Positions 16,097 to 25,707 of a stretch of 64,000 nt of DNA are shown here, piece after piece. The translations under genes were made by a program, and so were the position numbers. The stretch lies in the NCBI GenBank assembly GCA_038063455.1, contig JBBTVB010000003.1, positions 1,714 through 65,713 on the forward strand. The letters run 5' to 3'. Numbering within the stretch: position 1 is the stretch's first letter; each line of letters begins with the position of its first letter. Below the pieces are notes generated by a model, which was not told the DNA's origin, did no database searches, and saw only the letters and a list, made by a program, of their open reading frames with translations. This stretch comes from Patescibacteria group bacterium (GTDB lineage Bacteria; Patescibacteriota; Patescibacteriia; PEXW01).

Positions 16097-16467
16097 AGCC
16101 ACAAAACTCCCCCGTGCACACCCAACATCGCATTGGTCTTGCGCTTACCACCGTCGGTCTCTGGCTTATGCCCCTGGCGGCGTTTGCCGATGGTACCGAT
16201 ACGCAACTCACGAATCCCCTTGGCGTCGATGACCCGAAGCTCTTCATTATCCGCATCCTGCGGTACGCCCTGGGTTTTCTGGGTATTGTTGCCCTGATTA
16301 TGATTATCTACGGAGGTTTCCTCATGCTCACGTCGGGCGGGAATGCGGATACGGTCAAACGTGCAAAATCCACACTTATCTGGGCAGCAGCGGGCATGGC
16401 GGTTATATTGGGTAGCTGGTCGATTATTAGCTTTATCTTCAATACTGCAAACGAAGTGGCTAAATAG
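16093..16467 (+). CDS. TrbC/VirB2-like (T4SS-pilin-like) small membrane protein
   Basis: Signal peptide, NPLG, LGFLGIVALIMIIYGGFLMLTSGGNADTVKRAKS, AAAGMAVILGSWSII. This family is common in CPR genomes (from memory). ATGA overlap with the upstream gene. Confidence 0.65.
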   Translation: MKPQNSPVHTQHRIGLALTTVGLWLMPLAAFADGTDTQLTNPLGVDDPKLFIIRILRYALGFLGIVALIMIIYGGFLMLTSGGNADTVKRAKSTLIWAAAGMAVILGSWSIISFIFNTANEVAK

Positions 16468-16469
16468 CG

Positions 16470-16499
16470 TTGACAGTGAGACGAAAATAGTGGTATAGT
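16470..16499 (+). promoter_or_regulatory. Promoter TTGACA-18-TGgTATAGT
   Basis: TTGACA 16470-16475, TG 16491-16492, TATAGT 16494-16499. About 85-nt leader with SD AAGGGGGTG before ATG 16592. Confidence 0.65.
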
Positions 16500-16591
16500 C
16501 TTGGTGTTCCGCAAGGGACAAAATATATACAATCTTGCGCTCGCTCACCTTCGGTGGGCACTGCACAACATTCGAAAGGGGGTGAAACAAC

Positions 16592-16951
16592 ATGAAATTA
16601 AACCGCAAATTGGTCGCTGGTCTCATTTCGGTAGGTGCGTTGGCACTGCCGTTTGCCGCATCGGCACTTAGTTTTGAGGATCCAAGCCTGACGATAGGCG
16701 TCGGTTCTGCTGACCTCAAAGAGACCGTTCTTAATATCATCACTTTCGTGCTCGGCCTGTTAGGCCTCATCGCTGTCATCATGATCCTCTACGGTGGATT
16801 CATCTGGCTGACAGCCGGTGGCAACGAAGACAAGGTTGGTTCTGCCAAGAAGATCATCTCGGCCGCTATCGTGGGCCTCATCGTGATCCTCCTGTCATGG
16901 GCAATCGTCAACTTCGTGGTCAAGAGCACCGTCAACGTGACGGGTGGCTAG
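16592..16951 (+). CDS. TrbC/VirB2-like (T4SS-pilin-like) small membrane protein, third paralogue
   Basis: Signal peptide, LGLLGLIAVIMILYGGFIWLTAGGNEDKVGSAKK, IVGLIVILLSWAIVNF. Confidence 0.65.
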   Translation: MKLNRKLVAGLISVGALALPFAASALSFEDPSLTIGVGSADLKETVLNIITFVLGLLGLIAVIMILYGGFIWLTAGGNEDKVGSAKKIISAAIVGLIVILLSWAIVNFVVKSTVNVTGG

Positions 16952-16975
16952 TTTTACTGACTTTCGAAACCAATG

Positions 16976-17005
16976 AGTCCTGCCATATGGCGGGACTTTT
17001 GGTTT
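16976..17005 (+). terminator. Rho-independent terminator
   Basis: AGTCCTGCC (16976-16984) / GGCGGGACT (16989-16997) with one G-U, loop ATAT, then TTTGGTTT. Confidence 0.65.
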
Positions 17006-17011
17006 ATCCAG

Positions 17012-17017
17012 TACACT
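17012..17017 (+). promoter_or_regulatory. -10 box TACACT, 7 nt before ATG 17025 (leaderless-type)
   Basis: TACACT 17012-17017, TAGCTCC, ATG 17025. Confidence 0.45.
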
Positions 17018-17024
17018 TAGCTCC

Positions 17025-18935
17025 ATGAACCGACGTACTGCTTACCTGACCATTAGTGCCCTTGGTCTAGTCGTCACCGGCTGGACGCTAACACTGGCAA
17101 TCGCAAAAATGCATGCGGGGGCAATGTCCGCGCTCGACCTAGGCATTTACACGCAGGTGGCCTGGCTTACCGCGCATGGCCACTGGTTTGGGCTCACTAT
17201 CCACCCCCACCTCTACCTGGGCGACCATGTGGAGCTCCTGTATGCGGTTGCCGCAATCCCCTTTCGGTTTGGCGCTGGGTCGTTGACGCTCATTGGCCTG
17301 CAGTGCCTTGCTGCCGTTGGCGCAGCGTTTGCGCTTTTTGGTTTTGCACGGCGTTGCCTTTCCGCTGCGATGGCCTGTGGCGTAGCCGCGCTCTTCTTGC
17401 TCAACCCGTTCACGCTTAATGCGCTCAACTTTGAATTCCATGCTGTCTGGTTTGGACTACCCTTTGCCTTCCTCGCTGCCACCGCGTTCGCGGACAAGCG
17501 CATGGGTAAATTCTGGCTCTGGGCGGGTATCATGTTGTTGGCGCGAGAAGACCTGACGCTGCTCTTGGCTGGCTTTGCGCTGCTTGCACTTTTAGAAAAA
17601 CGCGGTCGGGCCTGGTGGCTGTGGCCCGGGCTGGCAGCCATCATTTGGTATGTGGGTGCGGGCTTACTTGCAGGAGCAATGAACGGCGAAGGTTATAAGT
17701 TCCTCAGCTTCTTCCATCCCAGCACGCTCGGTGCTGGTACGGTGTCGAGTGGCCTACTGGGTATCCTCCAGCTTGGTAACCTCCTCGTGCTGGTAGCGCT
17801 CCTACTTTCTGTCCTCCTGCTGCCGCTGCTCGCCTGGCGCTGGCTCGTCTTGCTCGTCCTGCCACTTATTGGCATTGGTCTTGCTGGTATTAGCTCTGGC
17901 GATCTCATTTTGCAAACCCACTACGCCACTTTTTTCTTACCCGGATTATTCTGCGGCGCAGTGGTAGGGTGGCAAACATTATGGCAGCGTCCGCCACAGT
18001 GGCTTGCCAGCCTAGGTAACCACAGCCTGCCCCTTACGCTTGCGCTGATCGGTGTAGTAAGCCTCTACAGCGCGTTAACCTTTGGCCCCACCATTGGGGC
18101 AGTGCGCGCGTGGCAACAGGTTAGCCCTGCCGAAAAATACAAGGCGCGCGAAGCGGTGCGGAATATCTGGGAATACTCACCGCGTGACGCCTCGGTGCTA
18201 GCCGGTTATGCTACTCTGCCCTACTTTGCTGCACGACCGCAGGTGTATGCAGCGCACTATGCTTTCTTGGGCAAGCGCCAATTTAGTGAAAAACCATATC
18301 CTGTGCCTGAAAACTTAGACATGGTAGTTATGGACGCGCAAGATTTTGTAACCTATCAACTACAGTATAGCGACGGCAAGCACCAAGCCGCCTACCAAAG
18401 CGGCGCCGAGCGGTTTCGCGAACTCCTAGCAGCACGAAATTTACGCTTAACAAGTACTTTCGACACGCTGCTGCACTTCACGCGCTTTACAGGTGAAGAC
18501 AAACTCTTACAACTGGTTACCAGCACAACCGGCTCACCATTGAGCGGCGTAGAATTTTCTTTACAGAGCGTTTCGACAACGCTAGTGGTAGACCCAGACA
18601 CGCAACTTGCCACACTCCAACTCCGCGGCCAGGTTGGCAACCCAGCACTTCCAAACGTGCAGGCCCGGCTTCGCTGGCTAGATGCAAAAGGCAGAACGCT
18701 GGAAACGCGGCTGCTACCGCTTGGCTACGGACTCATGCCGACAACAAGCTGGAAAACGGATGAGGTGGTAACGACCATCTTCACCCTCATGACGCCAAAA
18801 AATGCGGCGAGTGCTAAGGTGGAGGCAATTGTGCCACACGGCCACCTGCAGCTTAACGGCTGGCGCGTACCGATGATGGTGCTTGATGAAGAGACGCGGG
18901 TGGTAAGCCAGCGTTTGAGCTTACCGCTGCAGTAG
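17025..18935 (+). CDS. DUF2079-family polytopic membrane protein (GT-C-like)
   Basis: N-terminal SALDLGIYTQVAWLTAHGHWFGLTIHPHLYLGDHVEL resembles the DUF2079 signature. About 12 TM segments plus a soluble C-terminal domain. Confidence 0.65.
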   Translation: MNRRTAYLTISALGLVVTGWTLTLAIAKMHAGAMSALDLGIYTQVAWLTAHGHWFGLTIHPHLYLGDHVELLYAVAAIPFRFGAGSLTLIGLQCLAAVGAAFALFGFARRCLSAAMACGVAALFLLNPFTLNALNFEFHAVWFGLPFAFLAATAFADKRMGKFWLWAGIMLLAREDLTLLLAGFALLALLEKRGRAWWLWPGLAAIIWYVGAGLLAGAMNGEGYKFLSFFHPSTLGAGTVSSGLLGILQLGNLLVLVALLLSVLLLPLLAWRWLVLLVLPLIGIGLAGISSGDLILQTHYATFFLPGLFCGAVVGWQTLWQRPPQWLASLGNHSLPLTLALIGVVSLYSALTFGPTIGAVRAWQQVSPAEKYKAREAVRNIWEYSPRDASVLAGYATLPYFAARPQVYAAHYAFLGKRQFSEKPYPVPENLDMVVMDAQDFVTYQLQYSDGKHQAAYQSGAERFRELLAARNLRLTSTFDTLLHFTRFTGEDKLLQLVTSTTGSPLSGVEFSLQSVSTTLVVDPDTQLATLQLRGQVGNPALPNVQARLRWLDAKGRTLETRLLPLGYGLMPTTSWKTDEVVTTIFTLMTPKNAASAKVEAIVPHGHLQLNGWRVPMMVLDEETRVVSQRLSLPLQ

Positions 18936-18936
18936 C

Positions 18937-20571
18937 CTACTGGCCGGACCCTGCCACTACGTATACCAGCGCATCAGTATTTTTGTAGGCTACGCGGAGC
19001 GGGAGAGAAAATGTTTGTAGCATTGCAAATGCGGCAACATCATCCTGCCGAATGACAACATGGGTAATGCGACTTTCACGTAAGAATGCTAGTCGATCGA
19101 TAGCAGCATTTGGGGTAAAAAATGCTTGTACCGAAACGGTTTTCGCCTTGCTCTTCGCCGTAAGATCAGCGTGGCCGAGAAAAACAGTCCGGCCAGCCCA
19201 ACCTGGGAGCAGGTTGCTGTCGTTGGGGCGCGCAAGCACTACCGCCTCGACATCGGAAGTATCGCGCACCCACTGGAATGCTTGTACAACGCCAGTGGGC
19301 ATGGAAACTGGTTCGCGGCCAAAGGCTGCATAGTACGCATCTTTTACCAGATGTGTCAGGCTTGTGATGCCCATGAGAATAATGACGAGTGTTATGCCGG
19401 TTGCAATTACTGCGCCTTCAACCAGCGCGCCGCGCTTTCGTGCCCGCTGCCAAAAAGCTTGCACGGCAACCGCACCCAGTACCACCAGGGCAATGAACCA
19501 ACCTTCCATCATCCGGCGCTGGTATGGAAAATAGGGCAAGTACAGCAGGAGTGGCACTACTCCCGCCCACGTAACCACTACAAAAGTGCGAGTGGTTCCG
19601 GTGCGGAGAGCTCGTGGAAAAGCCATAAAGGCCAAAACGCAAGGAATGAGATACGCTGGCAAGTACCACCACACGGCCGGGGATAATGTTACATTTTGCG
19701 CGGCCCAGCCAGCCAGGCCAGGCTGTATCGCAAAAATCGTTCGGAGGGTTCCCAAGGCCAAAACCGCAGGTAGCAACACCAGTACGAGTAGCCTGAGGTA
19801 GGAGCGAGCCCGTTGTACAGACCACGTGCGATCTCCCAGCACGCGGACAAAAAAATGCCCCGCGAGTACCGCGGCAATAAGGAACACATCATACGGATGG
19901 ATGATAGCAAGGATAAGCAGCAGGCCGCTGGCAAACCATGCCGCCACAGTATCTTGCTGGTCATAGGCGCGCTCAACGAGCATGAAAACCGCAAGAATAC
20001 CGCACAAACCCATGAGAAACAGCGGATTATGATACAACGATAAGAATGGAAATGCCTCGGGTACCCACAAGTCAATGGGGATAGCCAGGGTACGTACCGC
20101 ATGCGCTATATCCCCTATTGGCACAAATGCACCAAAACCCGTACCAAAACTTAGCACGGTCATGGCCACCATACGCACACGGTGGGCGGGGAGCATCCCG
20201 GCAATAAAATGGTACGCCAAGATTAAAAAAAGGATGCTAAAACCAACGCGCGTAAGTTGATACGCAACAATATTGGATACATGAAAAAGCTTTGCGAATT
20301 GACCAACCGCATACCATTGTGGGGTAAGCACTGCGGCAACCGGTTGGGCTTCGCTAGAAAATAGATTACGGCTAAAAACCTGCCCTTGACGGCCCTGTTC
20401 AATGAAAGAGTAGTACACAGAAATATCACCAGGCGTGAGCCGGTGAATGCCGGTGTACGTTCGATGCGCCGGGGTTGCAAGCCAGCCAAAAACGTAGGGC
20501 GCACTGGTAACCAAAACTACTGCGGTTATAAGCCAAATCAAAAACCTGACCTCCGCGCGCTGCAACTTCAT
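18937..20571 (-). CDS. Polytopic membrane protein, GT-C-fold glycosyltransferase-like
   Basis: 544 aa, more than 10 TM segments plus a C-terminal soluble domain. 4-nt start/stop overlap with the upstream GT2. Family not recognised precisely. Confidence 0.5.
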   Translation of the reverse strand: MKLQRAEVRFLIWLITAVVLVTSAPYVFGWLATPAHRTYTGIHRLTPGDISVYYSFIEQGRQGQVFSRNLFSSEAQPVAAVLTPQWYAVGQFAKLFHVSNIVAYQLTRVGFSILFLILAYHFIAGMLPAHRVRMVAMTVLSFGTGFGAFVPIGDIAHAVRTLAIPIDLWVPEAFPFLSLYHNPLFLMGLCGILAVFMLVERAYDQQDTVAAWFASGLLLILAIIHPYDVFLIAAVLAGHFFVRVLGDRTWSVQRARSYLRLLVLVLLPAVLALGTLRTIFAIQPGLAGWAAQNVTLSPAVWWYLPAYLIPCVLAFMAFPRALRTGTTRTFVVVTWAGVVPLLLYLPYFPYQRRMMEGWFIALVVLGAVAVQAFWQRARKRGALVEGAVIATGITLVIILMGITSLTHLVKDAYYAAFGREPVSMPTGVVQAFQWVRDTSDVEAVVLARPNDSNLLPGWAGRTVFLGHADLTAKSKAKTVSVQAFFTPNAAIDRLAFLRESRITHVVIRQDDVAAFAMLQTFSLPLRVAYKNTDALVYVVAGSGQ

Positions 20572-21299
20572 AAACGACCTCGCAGCATTGCTACCCGCAA
20601 ACGAAAAAGCTGGATAAGGTAATGCGTAATGGTCCGCAACACATGCACTTTACTTTTTCGCAATGCTGGCCGCGTTTCTACCCACGAAACAGGCAGCGCA
20701 CGTACCCGGAAACCCCGTCGTTCAGCCTGCAGCAGTAGCTCGGTATCGAAAAACCAGCCGTCGTCACGGACGGACGGCAACAATTGTACGGCGACTGCTT
20801 TTCGAATCGCCTTAAAACCACACTGTGCATCGCGCGTTTTCAATTGTATGCAAAGCCTAGTAAGAAAATTATAGCCCACCGACGTCACGCTGCGCATGAA
20901 TGAGCGTTGAATCTTTGCGCCAGTAGCATACCGCGAGCCTACCGCGATGTCCGCCGCCCCACTGGCAATCATGTCAACCAATGGGGCAACGGCATCAAGC
21001 GCAACCGCCAAATCTACATCCATGTACAAGCTAATATCAAAATCCATTGTATTCCAAGCAGTACGCAAAGCTATGCCGCGACCTTTCTGAGGAATCCGCA
21101 GGTACTGCAAGCCGGGCAGCTCTTGCTGGAGAGCCACGACCACGGCAGAAGTATTATCTGTTGAAGCATTATCAACAACCACTAACGACCAATCAAATGC
21201 CTGCAGAGCTGCCGATGCATAGCCCATTACCGTGCGCACGCTCCAGGGTAAGATGGTCGCTTCGTTGTATGCGGGAAGTATAAGCGTGAGTTTGGTCAT
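20568..21299 (-). CDS. GT2 glycosyltransferase (polyprenyl-phosphate sugar synthase-like)
   Basis: LILPAYNEA, VVVDNASTDNT, DVDLA (DxD), CGFKA, FFDTELL. Confidence 0.85.
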   Translation of the reverse strand: MTKLTLILPAYNEATILPWSVRTVMGYASAALQAFDWSLVVVDNASTDNTSAVVVALQQELPGLQYLRIPQKGRGIALRTAWNTMDFDISLYMDVDLAVALDAVAPLVDMIASGAADIAVGSRYATGAKIQRSFMRSVTSVGYNFLTRLCIQLKTRDAQCGFKAIRKAVAVQLLPSVRDDGWFFDTELLLQAERRGFRVRALPVSWVETRPALRKSKVHVLRTITHYLIQLFRLRVAMLRGRL

Positions 21300-22564
21300 G
21301 TAACAGCGCGTCGACGAGCCATCCGAGTGTACCAGAAAACTGTGGCAGCAAAAATGGCTACGTTAAGCATAGCGACTATGAGTGACCCGCCCCAAAAGTT
21401 ATCCAGGCGCGTACCCTCATGTTGCGTGAGAATAATAAACACCACCACAAGATTCCAAAGAAATGTACATGAAAGTGCTACGTACAGCCAGCGGGCGGGA
21501 CGAAAAGCCGGCAGCGCAGGGATGAGTAGTGCAAAAAATGGAAAGAGGTAGCGCTCGTGCATCTGGGTTGGAAGCATAAAAAATGCAAAGGCGAGAAATG
21601 CCGCGGCTAGCCACAGCCCTTCAGTGGCCTTTGCTCGTGATCGAAACCAAACTGCAAAAGCCACGGCACTAAAAAATAGCCCTGCCCCAATAAGCACCAT
21701 GGGCATACCGAAGAGTGAGGCAACATCGGTACGGTACGTCCAATACCCGCCAGAAAAAAACCACCAAAGATTAAATGCGTTCGCCGACGGCACAGGGTTG
21801 GTATCTTTTGCCTGAGCAATAACCTGGAATACTTGGTTGGTCTTACCAGTTAAAACAAAAGGCAAACATAACATGAACGCCGTCCCTAGCCCGGCTCCAA
21901 GACTCCGTATGAGGGTTCGCCAATATGGCCAACGATGAAATATGGCATACGCCAAAAGTGGAGCGAGTGCTAGGCTTTGTAATTTAATAAAAAATGCAGC
22001 TGTAAATGCCACCACCGCCCATGTTAACTTACGTTGCGTCAGCAGCCAGACACATAACACCATGAAGAAGGTATTAATGGCATCTACTTGGCCCCAAGCC
22101 GCAGTCGTAAACAACATTGCGGGGTTGGCTGCATACAGTACCGCGGCCCCCAGTGCCCAACTTTCGCCCCAGCGCCTTCGAACAATGTGGGCTAGGAGAA
22201 GTATTGTTGCCAGCTCAAAGAGTATTGCGGGTGTTTTAAAAATAATTGAGGATAAAGGGGTGCCTACCGCGGTTGCTGGTTCAAACAACGCATGTACTTG
22301 TGCAAGGACGTGCAACGTCATCAAGTAAGGCGGAAGGTAGTTAGGGAGCGCAATAATTCTATAGTCAGGATGTTCAATCGGGTGCTCGTATACCTTGGTT
22401 AGGCCGTACGTGCTTGCGCTATAGCCCCATAACTGGAAAAGTAATGTGTCGCCACGCGACTCGATGGATGTTTGTGGGGCGATGACAAAACGAATTGCGG
22501 CCGCCCCAAAAATAATGAAGGTGAGAATGCGGCGGTAGTTTAGCACTACTGAGGGTTTAGTCAT
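21296..22564 (-). CDS. GT-C-like membrane mannosyltransferase-type protein (DUF2029/PMT_2-like)
   Basis: 422 aa, about 11 TM segments. The first loop contains D/E residues and NYLPPYLM. Translationally coupled within the operon. Confidence 0.5.
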   Translation of the reverse strand: MTKPSVVLNYRRILTFIIFGAAAIRFVIAPQTSIESRGDTLLFQLWGYSASTYGLTKVYEHPIEHPDYRIIALPNYLPPYLMTLHVLAQVHALFEPATAVGTPLSSIIFKTPAILFELATILLLAHIVRRRWGESWALGAAVLYAANPAMLFTTAAWGQVDAINTFFMVLCVWLLTQRKLTWAVVAFTAAFFIKLQSLALAPLLAYAIFHRWPYWRTLIRSLGAGLGTAFMLCLPFVLTGKTNQVFQVIAQAKDTNPVPSANAFNLWWFFSGGYWTYRTDVASLFGMPMVLIGAGLFFSAVAFAVWFRSRAKATEGLWLAAAFLAFAFFMLPTQMHERYLFPFFALLIPALPAFRPARWLYVALSCTFLWNLVVVFIILTQHEGTRLDNFWGGSLIVAMLNVAIFAATVFWYTRMARRRAVT

Positions 22565-24116
22565 TGCGAGAGATTACCCAAGCCTTATGGGGATTTGAAA
22601 AGCCGCGAAGAGGTATGCGGCCCAATACATTGGTCCCAATATACTGGCCTGTAGATACTTCGGCGAAGACGGCGCCCGCCCGCGACGAGGGACACTGGGC
22701 TCGCTTGCAAAAGTGGTAACGGCCAAGACGCGTAGTACGGTACCAATTGATGCTCGTAATTTCGAAATCATGATCTTTCGCAAGTGTGGTTGGATTCCAT
22801 GGGCGCAAAAGCATGAAGAATATTTGCGGCTGATTCAAACCGTCGTCAACAATCCACACCTCATTTGCGGGCGTACGCTCTAGCCGCGCAACCAATGTGT
22901 GAATCTCCGGGGCAAAAAAAATATTTGCCTGCCCAAAACCTAAGCCAAAAAAATTCGATGGCTGAACAAATACTACCAAGCCAGCGGCTCCAAGGGCAAG
23001 CCCTACCGCAGCAGCACTAATTTGCTGCCACCGGAAACGCAACCACGTAGTCACTAGCGATTTGCTGCTGCGCACAATGCTCCAGGTACCTACGATAAAT
23101 AGTACGCTTAAAAGCCCACTTGGTCGTATTTGGTGAGGATTTGCATCGGTAAGCATGGCGGGTAAAAGCGCCGCCACCAACCAACTCAGAAGCATGACGT
23201 GAAACCAGCGCTCCGTGCCAGCTGGGCGGGCGGAGAAAAAGAAAAGGGGTATGCCAAAAAAGAAGAGCAAAAAATCAATGGGTCCAACGGAAATTTGTCC
23301 TAGGCCCCAATGCAAAAGATTGAAGTAGGCTAAAAAATTATTGCCAAGCTGACGCAGGCCCGGCACAACGCCGTTTTGAAAAATTGAAATCTCCTGAAAA
23401 TGTCCTGCCCCCAATTGGTTGGCAGAAAGTGAAAGCAGTGGAATAAGTAACACGGCAACAACCCCAAGCGCAACCCAAGTTGAGGGGTGGCGCCAGTGGA
23501 TGCGTCGAAAAGTGAGGCTAACTGTCAGAATCGATGCGAGTGGAAAAAACAACCTGCCTGCGCCGTAGCCAAAAAAACCCGCGCCCCAGGCCAGCACCGC
23601 CAGCGGCATAAGCCACGGGCGTCGGTCCACTGCAGAAAAGTATGCCACGGCACCTAGGCTAAACAGCGTTGGGAGCCACACCGCTTCGTGGCCCAGACGG
23701 CTTAGTGTAAGGTGCCAAGGCGAAACTGCAAGTGCAGCGCCCGCAAGTAAGCCAATATTCCAACTGCCACAAAGTCGCTTGCCCAAAAGAATCGTTGCCC
23801 AGACCAGCAGCACCCCGGCGAGGGCGGAAGGCAAACGAGTTGCAACTAGCCCGGGGCCAAAAATTGCCGTTGTTGGTATTGCGGCATATGCAGAAATAGC
23901 CGAAGCGTTATCATTTTCATGGCTAAATGCTTCTAGGGTAAGTGGCCACGGGTGGCCATGCTGGTCACGCCCGGTGGTAAGCAAACTATACGCTTCGTAG
24001 CCGCGCTCGGCTTCGTCTTGATTTATGCCGTACGGCACGCGCTCTAGGGCAACAATGCGCAACAGGCTTGCAATAAAGAGTACCGCAATAAAAAAAATAC
24101 GCTGGCGCGGTGTCAT
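22557..24116 (-). CDS. ArnT/PMT-like (GT39/GT83-type) membrane glycosyltransferase
   Basis: Track ORF 22557-24191. LLRIVALERVPYGINQDEAERGYEAYSLLTTGRDQHGHPWPL is the typical first-loop motif. Start set at ATG 24116, which forms an ATGA overlap with the upstream GT2 stop. Confidence 0.7.
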   Translation of the reverse strand: MTPRQRIFFIAVLFIASLLRIVALERVPYGINQDEAERGYEAYSLLTTGRDQHGHPWPLTLEAFSHENDNASAISAYAAIPTTAIFGPGLVATRLPSALAGVLLVWATILLGKRLCGSWNIGLLAGAALAVSPWHLTLSRLGHEAVWLPTLFSLGAVAYFSAVDRRPWLMPLAVLAWGAGFFGYGAGRLFFPLASILTVSLTFRRIHWRHPSTWVALGVVAVLLIPLLSLSANQLGAGHFQEISIFQNGVVPGLRQLGNNFLAYFNLLHWGLGQISVGPIDFLLFFFGIPLFFFSARPAGTERWFHVMLLSWLVAALLPAMLTDANPHQIRPSGLLSVLFIVGTWSIVRSSKSLVTTWLRFRWQQISAAAVGLALGAAGLVVFVQPSNFFGLGFGQANIFFAPEIHTLVARLERTPANEVWIVDDGLNQPQIFFMLLRPWNPTTLAKDHDFEITSINWYRTTRLGRYHFCKRAQCPSSRAGAVFAEVSTGQYIGTNVLGRIPLRGFSNPHKAWVISRND

Positions 24117-24910
24117 ACTGTCGCCGAAACAGTCGAACGTGAGAACTTTTGACTCTTGCGTAGCTTTACCCGCGACATAAGGTATTCGCACAATGCAAAA
24201 ATGATACTTATACCGTAGCGTACGCCAGCCCGAAAACCAACAGTATGCGCGTCTTTAAAGTACCGCGTGGGTATAGGAATTTCACGTATGCGGAAGCCGT
24301 GGACTTTACATTGGATAATAAACTCCGTGTCAAAAACAAAACTATTGCTATTGTGCTGAAATGGTAAAGTTTGTAGCACCTGGCGGCTGTAGGCGCGGAA
24401 GCCTGAATGGTACTCACTCAAGCGCAGCCCGAGAACGCTGTTCTCTAGTAACGTAAGTCCAATATTTGCAACCTGCTTCCACCACGGCATGCCGCCGCGG
24501 CGCGCACCACCTTTCCATAACATGCGTGAGCCAAAAACTACATCGGCCTCACCACGTAAAATCGGTAAAACCATTTCTGGCACCAGGACGGGGTCGTACT
24601 GGTGGTCGGGGTGAATCATGATGACCACATCGGCCTCTCGCCGCAACGCCTCGGTGTAGCACGTTTTTTGGTTGCCACCATAGCCGGTATTGTGTGCGTG
24701 GACGATAGGCGTTAGTCCCAAGCGTCGAGCCTCTGCGACAGTACCGTCGGGGCTCGCATCGTCCACCAAAACCACTTCGTCTACCCAGTCGCTCGGAATG
24801 TCATTTAAGGTTTTCTCAAGTGTGCGCTCTGCCTCGTATGCAGGTAAAACCGCAATGATTCGGTACTTTTTTCGGACTTCTTGAAGGTTCCACATGTTCT
24901 TAGGGTACAC
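24113..24910 (-). CDS. GT2 glycosyltransferase (polyprenyl-phosphate sugar synthase-like)
   Basis: AVLPAYEAE, VLVDDASPDGT, HPDHQYDP, SGFRAY, FDTEFI. GTG at 24910 is preceded by TACAAT (minus, 24919-24924) 8 nt upstream. ATG 24895 is an alternative start. Confidence 0.85.
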   Translation of the reverse strand: MYPKNMWNLQEVRKKYRIIAVLPAYEAERTLEKTLNDIPSDWVDEVVLVDDASPDGTVAEARRLGLTPIVHAHNTGYGGNQKTCYTEALRREADVVIMIHPDHQYDPVLVPEMVLPILRGEADVVFGSRMLWKGGARRGGMPWWKQVANIGLTLLENSVLGLRLSEYHSGFRAYSRQVLQTLPFQHNSNSFVFDTEFIIQCKVHGFRIREIPIPTRYFKDAHTVGFRAGVRYGISIIFALCEYLMSRVKLRKSQKFSRSTVSATV

Positions 24911-25071
24911 TACTCAACATTGTATGGGCAACGCGTTTGGCAACATTACTGCGAGCATCGCTGCCAGGCGGCCTCAACACTTTTTTGATCTAACGTACTA
25001 AAAAAATACAAATATTCTGTACCTGATTTTTTTAGCTACCAGTATCGAGCATCGAGAAGGTGCGGAACGCA

Positions 25072-25707
25072 TTATTGAATATTGACAGTTTTCAATTGTG
25101 TCTTTTCCAGCAGCAGCATGGTCCACGGGATTGGCTGCTTACCCGTCTGCACCACAAATGCCTGGCTTACAAACCGCCGAAAGCCCCAGGGCGTCCAGTG
25201 GTTAATGTGGCCTGGTGTATTGCCCCAGCCCCGCACGTACGTGCCCCGCGCCAGGTTCATAACCCGCCAGAGCGGCTCGTTGGGCACGCTAATTATGGCC
25301 CATTTCTTCGTGACGCGTGCCAATTCTTTCAGGGCGTCCAACGGGCGGTCCAAGTGCTCCAGCACTTCCAGAGCAAAAACAAGATCCACACTCGCGGCTT
25401 TGCGCTGCAAATCATAAATGGACTCGACGCTGCACTGCACCGTGGGGTTGCCCTGCTTCGTAAGTTCAACCAATGCCGGGGTGACATCGGAGGCGTGGAG
25501 CTGCGCGCTTGGCAAAAATGTTCGCAGTTTCTGGGTGGAATAGCCTTCACCACACCCAACTTCTAAGGCGCTCGTGACGTCGGCGGGAATCAGGTGGTGC
25601 AAGGTCGCAAAAAAATTCCGCAAGAACATTTGCATAATTGGGTTCTTCGATTCGTACTTGCCGCGGAAGTCTTCTTCCGGTTTGGTTATGTGGGGCGCGT
25701 GCATCAT
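25072..25707 (-). CDS. Class I SAM-dependent methyltransferase
   Basis: ALEVGCGEGYST, DLVFALEVLEHL. 4-nt overlap with the upstream membrane-protein gene. Confidence 0.85.
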   Translation of the reverse strand: MMHAPHITKPEEDFRGKYESKNPIMQMFLRNFFATLHHLIPADVTSALEVGCGEGYSTQKLRTFLPSAQLHASDVTPALVELTKQGNPTVQCSVESIYDLQRKAASVDLVFALEVLEHLDRPLDALKELARVTKKWAIISVPNEPLWRVMNLARGTYVRGWGNTPGHINHWTPWGFRRFVSQAFVVQTGKQPIPWTMLLLEKTQLKTVNIQ

